This document shows, in pieces, positions 20,361-28,492 of a stretch of 64,000 nucleotides of DNA. This DNA is from Blastopirellula marina (GTDB lineage: Bacteria > Planctomycetota > Planctomycetia > Pirellulales > Thermoguttaceae): positions 9,091 through 73,090 of the forward strand of contig DYLS01000004.1 of NCBI GenBank assembly GCA_020721965.1, in the 5' to 3' direction. Position 1 is the stretch's first letter. Each line of letters starts with the position of its first letter. Both the position numbers and the translations under genes were made by a program. The notes beneath the pieces were generated by a model. It was not told the DNA's origin and searched no databases. It was given only the letters and a program-made list of their open reading frames with translations.

Positions 20361-20512
20361 CGCTGGGCGGATGGGTGGTGATGATCCTCTCGGTCGGTGG
20401 CAGCACGGCCTTTTTGGTTTGGTGCCTGTACAAGGTCATGAGCACGCCCGAAAGCGAACAACACCTGCACGGCCAGGTGGATATCCATACCCCCGACATG
20501 GATCAACCCTGA
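20357..20512 (+). CDS. 51-aa single-TM protein, probable small subunit of the NSS transporter
   Basis: ATGA overlap with the transporter stop, GAGGAGG RBS; MTLGGWVVMILSVGGSTAFLVWCLYKVM (TM) followed by a polar His/Asp tail. Confidence 0.8.
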   Translation: MTLGGWVVMILSVGGSTAFLVWCLYKVMSTPESEQHLHGQVDIHTPDMDQP

Positions 20513-20540
20513 ACCCGACCGGCCACCGTCCGGCGGCCCC

Positions 20541-21062
20541 TCACCCGTGCGGCTGGGTGATTCGCTGCACCATCTTGGCGCGGACCGCCTTGACCACCAC
20601 GCCGGGGAGAAACCGCGACAGCTCCGCGTCCGACGCCACCGCCGCGATCTCTTTGATCAGCGAGCTAGAGACGTGCGCCAATTCCCCATCGGCAATCATG
20701 AAGAGCGTCTCGACGTCGGGCGCCAATCGCCGATTGGCCATCATCATCGTCAGCTCGGCGGCGATGTCGGTGATCGGGCGAACGCCGCGAATCATCACCC
20801 GGGCACTGCATTCCCGCACAAAATTGACCGCCAAGCCTCGAAACGGACGGATTTCCACGTTGGCCAACCCCTCCGTCGTCCTGCGGATCAGATCGATGCG
20901 TTCCTCGGTGTCGAACATCGGCCGCTTGTGGATATTCACACCGACGCCGACGATCAAGCGGTCGAACAGGCGGCTGGCCCGCTCCATGACGTTCAAATGC
21001 CCCAACGTCACCGGATCGAAGGAACCGGGATAGACCGCCACACGAGAATCCAGCTCGGACAT
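20541..21062 (-). CDS. coaD: Phosphopantetheine adenylyltransferase
   Basis: AVYPGSFDPVTLGHLNV, MIRGVR, MMMANRRL, VSSSLIKEIA. Start moved to MSELDS (21062). Confidence 0.97.
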   Translation of the reverse strand: MSELDSRVAVYPGSFDPVTLGHLNVMERASRLFDRLIVGVGVNIHKRPMFDTEERIDLIRRTTEGLANVEIRPFRGLAVNFVRECSARVMIRGVRPITDIAAELTMMMANRRLAPDVETLFMIADGELAHVSSSLIKEIAAVASDAELSRFLPGVVVKAVRAKMVQRITQPHG

Positions 21063-21125
21063 GGGTCCTATCCTTCCAATTTCCCACCATCGACCTTTGT
21101 GCGAGTGGCAGCCCAAGAGCTGCTA

Positions 21126-21680
21126 CTAGGCCCCGCCTAGCCGCGGCACTGAGCGGGCGTTTTCTCGCAAGCCCTTGGCAAACTCTCCGAAACCGTAGGG
21201 AAACCTATTGGCGATCCAATCCACGCCCTGCTCTTCGAGGACCTTTGCGATAGCCGCCCGGGATTTCTCGATTTGCACCGGCAGCAAGACGCGATCCGCC
21301 CCGTAAAGCTCGCTCTTCAATCGCAACGACTGCCGGGCATTGTCGCTTAGACGGCCCCACTCGGCCTCGCCTACTTCTTTCGATCTGCCCGCCAAACCCC
21401 AAGCCTCAAGCTGCGGTACGGCCAGGGCCACACCCACCCAGCGCAAGGCCATACAATCGTTGCGGTTGGCCAGCGCGTCCTGAACCATTTGGTCGAACTC
21501 ACACCTGCGGCACAGACAGGGCTCTCGCTGCTCCGCACTATGCCCTTCCGACATATCCGAGTCAATTACGAAGACTAGGACCTCCGCGTCCGTTTGCCAA
21601 CAAGCCTTTCCCACAATGGCCGGAAGATTTTTTCGAATTGCTTGAAGGTGCCCGGGAATTAGATTCCGCAGATTACCCAT
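21126..21680 (-). CDS. Hypothetical protein, DUF4276/TOPRIM-like (DxD and AVPxLEAW motifs); N-terminus may be incomplete
   Basis: VFVIDSD, CLCRRC, VALAVPQLEAW, LKSELYG, FPYGFGEFA. The start is uncertain; the nearest upstream in-frame stop is at 21747-21749. Confidence 0.5.
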   Translation of the reverse strand: MGNLRNLIPGHLQAIRKNLPAIVGKACWQTDAEVLVFVIDSDMSEGHSAEQREPCLCRRCEFDQMVQDALANRNDCMALRWVGVALAVPQLEAWGLAGRSKEVGEAEWGRLSDNARQSLRLKSELYGADRVLLPVQIEKSRAAIAKVLEEQGVDWIANRFPYGFGEFAKGLRENARSVPRLGGA

Positions 21681-21941
21681 ATTCTCAACCGCACAGATAT
21701 GCGAAGCCGTGCGGCCAAATGTCCGAACACCATCGAAAACAAGACGTTACGACTGTCAAATTCCCGGACACCCTCAGTTTAATGTCAAGCGAGCGCGCAC
21801 TCCAAGCCTGCCAGCCTATTTTAGCTTCCCTGTTCAAGGCGTGATAAGACGAAGCCGACATTCCGCTCGCAGCGGCGGACGAAACCTGTGCAACGCATGG
21901 CCGGAACCGTGCGTAGCTCCAGACAGCAAGGCGGCGGCCAA

Positions 21942-23690
21942 CTAGGCATAGCGCGCGGGGTCCGGCTTGTCGCCTTCCGGCGTTTCGTCGCTGTCCAGAT
22001 CGAACCAAGCCGGGTTGAACTCGATTCGCATCCCTTGCCGGGCGGCGATGTTCGTCGTCAAGGCGATGACCGCGTCCCCCAGGGCCACTTTGGGATAACA
22101 GCGGGGGTGAATCTCTGGATCGGCGGCATTCGGGTTCTTGCGGATGCACCAGGCCCAATGCTCGATCTCTTCCTTGTAGCCCCGGCTCACCTTGGCCGTG
22201 ACCATGCCGCCCAACCCTTCGGCCTTCTTTTGAACCGGCCCGCTGGCCTGCGTGTCGAGGGTTGGACCACCCTTGCTCTCGCTCACGCCCACGCTGGCCG
22301 AGGTATCGGCCCCAGCGTACACCATCGCCTCCTGCTCGCGTTCCAGGATCAGCGTCCCTTTGGTACCGAAGACGATCTCCCCATATCCGCCGAAACCGTT
22401 CCCATTGATCGAGGCGTACTGCACCCCGATTTTCTTGAGCTTGCCCAGGGGGTCCTTGGGATCGTATCCGGGGAGCGGGAATTCGATGATACAATAGACG
22501 TGGTCTTCGACCTCGCGATCCAGGGGGAAGATCGGACGATTGCCGGCAGCCGCCACGTTCAGCGGCAACTGCTTTTCCCCCCCGTGCATGGCCGCGATAA
22601 AGATCGAGGCGGCATCGAGTTGATGGCTTCCCAATTCGGCCATCAATCCCCCCCCGGTCCGCTCCCACAACCGCCAACGGATCAGCTCTTCGATGGCCGG
22701 TCGGAAGTACTTCTGGCCGCTCGCCTCTAGCACCTTATCCTCGTACCCGAACTCTTTGGCCGCGTCAATGATCTCCTTGTCGGCAATTTGGGCGGCTTTT
22801 TGGGCCACCAATTTCGCCCACTGCTCGGCATCCTTCATCCGGCCCGCCTTTTCCGCATCCGCCAGGTTCCGTTTGAAAGACTCCAATTCGCGGATCAGGC
22901 GTTGACCCGACACATCGTCGGGCTTGGAACCTGGGGGCAAGGGCTGCGCCCAACTGTCGTTGCCTGGCAAATTGCCCCGGTGCCACTGCGCCCGAATGTA
23001 GTGCAACTCTCCCAGCAACCCCCGCCGGATCGTATCTGCCGCATTCTCATAGAGGATGTTGTAGTGCCGCTGATGTCCGATCGCCAGATGCACATTTTGC
23101 TGTTTCGCCAGGCGGGCCATGTCCTTGCACTGCGAGACTCGCTGGGCCATCAGCTTTTCGCACAGCACGTGCTTGCCCAACTTCATGGCAGCAATGGCAG
23201 CCGGTGCATGGAGGTGCAACGGCAAACCGATAATCACGGCATCAATATTGTCCTTTTCATTCTCCAGCAATTCCTGATAGGCGCCGTACACGCGAACGTA
23301 TTTGCGGGCCTCGTCCTCGGTCTTCCATCCATAGACGCCCATCAGGCCGGGGCGTGCCGCCAGGGCTGTCTCGCTGTAATGATCGCCGTGGAACGCACGG
23401 TGCACGTTATACGGGCGGATATCGGCAATGGCTACGATTTCCACGAACTCCGGATTGCAGGCCCCGATCAGGACCTGGCCTTCGTCGCCCGTACCCAACA
23501 CGGCGACACGAATGGGCTTGCCGAGCGTGCTTTCATAGCCGAAGTAAAAGGCCCCCAGACTCCCCCCGGCAGCCAGGCCCGTCAGCACACCCGTCTGAAT
23601 GAAATCCCGCCGCGTGACCTCGATATTGTTGCCTACTACGCGATTGAAGTTCGCGATCCCTGTTTGCCGTTCTTCCGGAGTCAGATTCAT
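21942..23690 (-). CDS. Gfo/Idh/MocA-family oxidoreductase with a Tat-like TRRDF motif
   Basis: VTRRDFIQTG, VAVLGTGDEG, LHLHAP, HVLCEKLMA, IGHQRHY, GGGLMAELGSHQLD. Start moved to MNLTPEE (23690). Confidence 0.9.
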   Translation of the reverse strand: MNLTPEERQTGIANFNRVVGNNIEVTRRDFIQTGVLTGLAAGGSLGAFYFGYESTLGKPIRVAVLGTGDEGQVLIGACNPEFVEIVAIADIRPYNVHRAFHGDHYSETALAARPGLMGVYGWKTEDEARKYVRVYGAYQELLENEKDNIDAVIIGLPLHLHAPAAIAAMKLGKHVLCEKLMAQRVSQCKDMARLAKQQNVHLAIGHQRHYNILYENAADTIRRGLLGELHYIRAQWHRGNLPGNDSWAQPLPPGSKPDDVSGQRLIRELESFKRNLADAEKAGRMKDAEQWAKLVAQKAAQIADKEIIDAAKEFGYEDKVLEASGQKYFRPAIEELIRWRLWERTGGGLMAELGSHQLDAASIFIAAMHGGEKQLPLNVAAAGNRPIFPLDREVEDHVYCIIEFPLPGYDPKDPLGKLKKIGVQYASINGNGFGGYGEIVFGTKGTLILEREQEAMVYAGADTSASVGVSESKGGPTLDTQASGPVQKKAEGLGGMVTAKVSRGYKEEIEHWAWCIRKNPNAADPEIHPRCYPKVALGDAVIALTTNIAARQGMRIEFNPAWFDLDSDETPEGDKPDPARYA

Positions 23691-23802
23691 GATTACGACC
23701 TTTTCGGCTCTAGACGGTTGCAAGTCGCAGGTAATCTTTGAGAGACCAAAGCCCGTCCGCGGCCCACGCCCAAGCGTCCGCCGCCAATCGGGCCGGAAAT
23801 CA

Positions 23803-24858
23803 TCATACCGTGCCAGGCTGGCCAGCAGCTTTCGCGGCGACCGGCTTGCGGCAGCAGCCACACTTGTTCCTAACCGGCAGACAAATCCCGTAATACAGGA
23901 AGTAGTCCAAGCCTGCCCAGCGCCCAACCGGCAACGCCGCCAAGGCGAGCAGGGCCATCATTTCCACAAAATTCTTGTCGACCAATAAGGCGTGCCCGAG
24001 AATCTCAGGCACTTTCGGCACAACGGTGGGCCAAGGCCATTGGGTCATCACTACGAACGCCAAAAATCCGGCGCCGCCCAGCGCCGCCAGCCGCGTGAAG
24101 CACCCTACCATCAGCCCCAAGCCGATCAGCGTCAAGGCATAGGTAACGGTCTTGTTCAAGAGTTCCGTTCGCGTGGCGACGAATGGCACGTGCACGGGCA
24201 GGTTTTGCGTCTCCACCAAGGCAACCTTGAGGCGACCCCGTTGTTTTTGACCCGCGTTAAGCACCTCCTCGTGCAGTGCCTCCCAAAAATGCTCGCCCAT
24301 CGCGTCCATCGCCCGCAACCACCCGTTGACTTCCGTTCGGAGTGCCTGCAGGCGTTCCCACAGCCGCTCTCCTTGAAACTGGGCACCTTGGTTGCGAGAC
24401 CCCTGCTCCTCTCGGACGAAACGGTCCAAGCTGTCGAAATAAGCCAGAATCGCCTCCTGATTTTGTGCCAAATATGATTCGAGGCTTTTCTGGTAACGGT
24501 TTCGGATCTCTTCCGCCTTCTTTCGCTGCTGATCATCCAGGCGGTAGTAGGCCGCAAAACGATTCACGGCCTTTTCCCACGCCCTGGCGTACACCGGGGC
24601 CTGAACCACTGCCTTCCCCGTTTCGTCCTTCGTGATCTGGAGCCGCTGCCGCCCGTCGATGTCGGGAATCATCGCGTAAAACAGCGGCGCAAATGGACCT
24701 TTGGCCTGCGTCAGAAAAGGCTCCGCGGAGAACTTATCCGCGTTGGCAATCTTCCAAACGCCTTCGTACAAGAAATGCCAGCCGATGGTCACTCGCAATA
24801 GCACGAGGAGGACGACGGCCGTCAAACCGATTTGAAAACTGGAGCGGCTCAGGACCAA
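23803..24858 (-). CDS. DoxX/DoxD-family membrane protein with a large soluble insertion
   Basis: TTG start with AGGAGG; LLRVTIGWHFLYEGVWKI, GLGLMVGCFTRLA, LVDKNFVEMMALL, GRWAGLDY. Confidence 0.85.
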   Translation of the reverse strand: MVLSRSSFQIGLTAVVLLVLLRVTIGWHFLYEGVWKIANADKFSAEPFLTQAKGPFAPLFYAMIPDIDGRQRLQITKDETGKAVVQAPVYARAWEKAVNRFAAYYRLDDQQRKKAEEIRNRYQKSLESYLAQNQEAILAYFDSLDRFVREEQGSRNQGAQFQGERLWERLQALRTEVNGWLRAMDAMGEHFWEALHEEVLNAGQKQRGRLKVALVETQNLPVHVPFVATRTELLNKTVTYALTLIGLGLMVGCFTRLAALGGAGFLAFVVMTQWPWPTVVPKVPEILGHALLVDKNFVEMMALLALAALPVGRWAGLDYFLYYGICLPVRNKCGCCRKPVAAKAAGQPGTV

Positions 24859-25091
24859 CCTCCTTCCGTATGCGATCGGCGAAACCGACCTTGACTGTAA
24901 AGGCTGGGGACTCTCGCCTTATGGGCAAGGGCGAGAGTCCGGCAAAAAGGGCAGGATGGGCAACGCAAAACTTTATTTTAATTCCCCAATACGCCACGTG
25001 TCACCCGGGTCGCAATTTTTTTGCGAAATTCGTATTTGGCCCAACTCGCTTTCGACGGCATGAACACGTGGCCAACACAAATTATTCTCCG

Positions 25092-25258
25092 ACTGCACTT
25101 TTGCAACGCGTGTTCACAAGCTCCCACACCCCCTCGGGAAAAGGCAATGTGAAGGCTATTTACTGCGGAAATGGATTTCGCTGTTTGTCTGAATTCCCCA
25201 ATCACAAGGCCTATCACCCTCTATTAGAGGGGGAGCGAACAGTTTGCAAAACTCCAGT
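25092..25258. mobile_element. MITE family B (167 bp), copy 2
   Basis: ACTGCACTTTTGCAAC ... TTTGCAAAACTCCAGT; exactly 167 bp and gap-free colinear with 44550-44716 (shared GTTCACAAGCTCC, TTTACTGCGRAAA, CTGTTTKTCTGAAT, AGCGAACARTTTGCAAAA). Confidence 0.85.
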
Positions 25259-25371
25259 TCTGATATCCTTCGACACAATAAAGCCCATTGACGCCCGACT
25301 GTAATTATTTACGCAGATCGCAACAGGGGAGTTCGGATTCGACTGCCCATTCCCCCAACTACCGAACCGCC

Positions 25372-26043
25372 TCAGGCAGCTCCGGCATCTTCGATCAGCC
25401 GTTGCAGCCGCGTCACCTGGGCGCGAACGGCCTCCAAATCCGGATTCAGTTTCAAGGCCCGGTGAAAGGACTCCAGAGCCGCCACGGGGTCGTGAAGCTC
25501 GAGGTAGGCCTGCCCCATTCCGGCCGCCGCTGCGAAGTGGTAGGGATTCAACTCTAGCGTCATCCGACAGTCGCGGATCGCCTCCGCAAAATCCCCCAGC
25601 GAAAACTGGGCGATCGCCCGCTGATTGTACGCTTCCGCGAAATCCGGTTCGCCCTGGATGAGCCGCCCTGCCCGCTGGACCGCCTCCTGGTAGCGGTGCG
25701 CGGCGTTGAGCCGAACGATGGCAGCCAATTCTCGCTGTTGAGATTCGGTGCCAAATCGCATCCAGACTTTGCGGATACTGGCCTCCGCGAATAGCCGGAC
25801 CTGCCGATCCTGGTCGGTCAGGGCCTTGCCCAAGGCCGCGTTCGAGTCATAGTCTCCCAAGTAGCCCAACGCCAGGGCCGCGGCGCGGCGGATCTCACGC
25901 ATGGGATGGGTTAGCAACCGCTGGAGCGTGCCTTGGGTGTAGCGGCGGCTCACTTCGTTGACGAATCGGGCCGTCTGTTGGTGCCTGAGGTATTCCTCGT
26001 AGGCTAACCCGAGCAAGGCCGTGCGGGGAAGATTGCGAGACAC
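25372..26043 (-). CDS. HEAT-repeat + TPR protein
   Basis: HEAT (IRRAAALALGYLGD...DRQVRLFAE) then TPRs (AEAYNQRAIAQF, PYHFAAAAGMGQAYL). GTG at 26043 with AGGAG RBS. The ORF-track start at 26217 lies inside a MITE end. Confidence 0.88.
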   Translation of the reverse strand: MSRNLPRTALLGLAYEEYLRHQQTARFVNEVSRRYTQGTLQRLLTHPMREIRRAAALALGYLGDYDSNAALGKALTDQDRQVRLFAEASIRKVWMRFGTESQQRELAAIVRLNAAHRYQEAVQRAGRLIQGEPDFAEAYNQRAIAQFSLGDFAEAIRDCRMTLELNPYHFAAAAGMGQAYLELHDPVAALESFHRALKLNPDLEAVRAQVTRLQRLIEDAGAA

Positions 26044-26205
26044 CGGAACTCTCCTGAAGAAAAGCAAGGATCCGACGAAATCGGGATCACGCCCCGCCGC
26101 CGGAAATCCCCGCGTCGCCAAATCGGATCTGCGATTTTCGTTTTCTACGCCGCGAGGCTTACCTCGATTGTACCTACGATTCCCGTCATCTGCCAAAGTT
26201 TTTCC

Positions 26206-26361
26206 GTAACCGTTCACGGGGCGGAATCATGCGGAAAACGCCGTATTTTCTCGGGCCGTGCAGCAAAAACGCGCCGCAGGTAGCCGCCGATTGCTCAAGC
26301 CACCCGGCGAGATGCTGCGCTCGATGCGGCGCGGCGATTCCAATGTTTCGTGAACGATTAC
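26206..26361. mobile_element. MITE family A, 156-bp copy
   Basis: GTAACCGTTCACGG (26206) ... CAATGTTTCGTGAACGATTAC (26361); internal GGAATCATGCG and GCAAAAACGC are shared with the 42653 copy, and CATGCGGAAAACGCC and GCAAAAACGC with the 52557 copy. Confidence 0.85.
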
Positions 26362-26850
26362 GTCGTTAGGCAGGCCAGCGGGATAACGCCGCACAGGGGG
26401 GCATGGCCATCACGCTTTTTCCCCGGGCTCCACCCCTTCCGCCCAAGCCGTCTTCTCGCCTGAGGCCAACGGACCGCCGCTTGAACGTATAATCCAGAAA
26501 GGCGTAGGTTCCGCGACTTCGCCAGCACTTTTCCTACTACAGCGCAGGCTTGTTTGCTGGGATTAGCATCTTTTTGCTCGGATCAGTATCGTGTTGTGAT
26601 GATGGGATGGTTGGTGATGGGACACAACGCCCCGCAGCATTTCCTGGGCAGGGCAGGCAGCCGAGCGGACTTTGCGCCGTAGTATCCAAGACCGGGAGGT
26701 GCTGATTTGAGCCTGTTTGTTCGTGAAGGTCGCCTCGGTACCCCCCAGGCCCTTTCGACGCCTGGGTCGGTGCACGCTCCAATCGCATCGGACTCGCGCA
26801 GGCGGATCGAAGGATTACCGCGGGACGCGCGGATGTGGTCGGAAAGCGGC

Positions 26851-28077
26851 ATGAGCGTTCGAATGTGCGGGCTATTCGCAACCGTCGTTTTGGTGGCGGG
26901 CGGGATCGCGTTCTGGGCAGGCACGGGCGCGGTCAGCCTCTCCGCCGAGGAGTTCCCTCCCCCGTCCGTCACCTACCAGCAGCGATTGAACCGCCCGTGC
27001 GGGCTGTATTGGACTGAAGTGCCGTTGCGGCAGGGTCTGGATCGACTGGCTGAGGTGCAACGGGTCTCGATTTTCTTGGATCGGCGTGTTGACCCCGATC
27101 AGCGCGTCACGATTTCGCTGGATGCCGCTAGTCTCCGAGAATTGTTGGAGACGTTGGCAGCGAAGCTGTCGCTGGGGGTGTCCTATTTCGAGCCGATCGT
27201 TTATCTCGGCCCACCGGCTGCCGCGCGGCGTCTCCGCACGTTGGCAGCCCTCCGCCAGGAAGAGCTTCCCTCGCGGGATCGCCGCCGCGAGATGCGGAAG
27301 CCGCTCGCCTGGCCCAGCCTCAGCACGCCCCGGGAGATCCTTCGCAGCCTCTGCCAAGAGGCTGGCGTCACGCCCGACCATCTGGAGGAAATCCCGCACG
27401 ACCTCTGGCCGGCGGTCCGTCTGCCGGCCATGTCCTGGACGGATCGCATGACGCTGGTGCTGATCGGCTTCGATGATACATTTCGGATCGATCCTGTCGG
27501 CAATCGCGTGACCTTCGTCCCCGTCAGTGCTGACCCGGTTTTGACCCGGCGCGTGTCACTGCCTCCCCGTGCAGCCCCTCCGGCGATCCTGGCCCAGCAA
27601 GTCCGCGAACAACTCCCCGACGTGAGTACCGAGATCGTGGGAGGCGAGGTGGTAGCCCATGGGCCGCTGGAGTCCTTGGAAAAATTGGCCGAGGTTCTGA
27701 GCGGTGGGGCCGTTCGAAAAGCCGATGCCTCGACGTCTTTGCCCACGACATCGCCGGCCGTTCCCAGCGAGGCGGCAGCGTCCCCGCCCGATTCGGCGGA
27801 CCCCTTCTCGACGCGACGATTCACCGCCCGCCAAGGTCAGGGGACGTTGGGCGGCGTCATTCGGCAATTGAGCTCACAATTGGAAATGACGGTGCAACTG
27901 GATGCCGACGACCTGGCAGCGTGTGGGCTACGTCTGGATCGCCGGATCACCTTCGCCGTTCAAAATGGCACGGTGGACGACCTTTGGCGGGCCGTGCTGC
28001 AACCGCAAGGATTGTCGTTTCAGCGACGCGGCCGCGAAATCCGCATCTTTCCCGCCGATCCTTCCGCCACTCCTTGA
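26851..28077 (+). CDS. Exported protein with repeated STN (secretin/TonB N-terminal)-like domains
   Basis: Signal-like N-terminus; LRQGLDRLAEVQRVSIFLDRRVDPDQRVTISL and a C-terminal RITFAVQNGTVDDLWRAVLQPQGLSFQRRG. Start uncertain (26833 or 26851). Confidence 0.6.
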   Translation: MSVRMCGLFATVVLVAGGIAFWAGTGAVSLSAEEFPPPSVTYQQRLNRPCGLYWTEVPLRQGLDRLAEVQRVSIFLDRRVDPDQRVTISLDAASLRELLETLAAKLSLGVSYFEPIVYLGPPAAARRLRTLAALRQEELPSRDRRREMRKPLAWPSLSTPREILRSLCQEAGVTPDHLEEIPHDLWPAVRLPAMSWTDRMTLVLIGFDDTFRIDPVGNRVTFVPVSADPVLTRRVSLPPRAAPPAILAQQVREQLPDVSTEIVGGEVVAHGPLESLEKLAEVLSGGAVRKADASTSLPTTSPAVPSEAAASPPDSADPFSTRRFTARQGQGTLGGVIRQLSSQLEMTVQLDADDLAACGLRLDRRITFAVQNGTVDDLWRAVLQPQGLSFQRRGREIRIFPADPSATP

Positions 28078-28492
28078 AGCTTGCTGGCCCAAGTGCTTGC
28101 CCACAGGTGCTTACGCAACAGTCCCACGCGGCCAACGCCCTGCCAGAGCAGCCCCGCGGTCACATGCGGCGAGGGAAACCACCCGCAATGCCTATTGATG
28201 CTACAACGGAGGCTTGATTGCGTGGCCCAATATTTTGCGGTACTGGCGTGGAGCGTCTCAACAGGCATGGCGGGCAGATCAGGCAATCCGGCAGCGATGG
28301 CCCTCTGGTATTGCTACAGCGTGGGGTCGCTTGCTTGGCTCAACCTCTTGTGACGATGCGTCGCAACGGCTCGCAAGATATGCTGGGCAGTTATGAGACC
28401 AGGGAGACTTTGCGCTGGAGTATTATCAGCGTGCCACATCGTGGCTATGATCGCGGCGAATCCATGCCTCACTCAATTCGCTGTAGTCCGTC

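Noticed and set aside
23691-23927. Extended N-terminus of the Gfo/Idh/MocA ORF
   Set aside because: Overlaps the DoxX 3' end; MNLTPEE at 23690 precedes the Tat motif at a sensible distance.
26044-26217. Extended start of the TPR gene (MNGY...)
   Set aside because: The GTG-AAC-GGT-TAC start is the MITE terminal repeat; a GTG with AGGAG RBS exists at 26043.
26261-26278. Sigma54-like GGCGCG...TTGC on the minus strand
   Set aside because: Spacing is GG-N9-GC rather than N10, and it lies inside a MITE.
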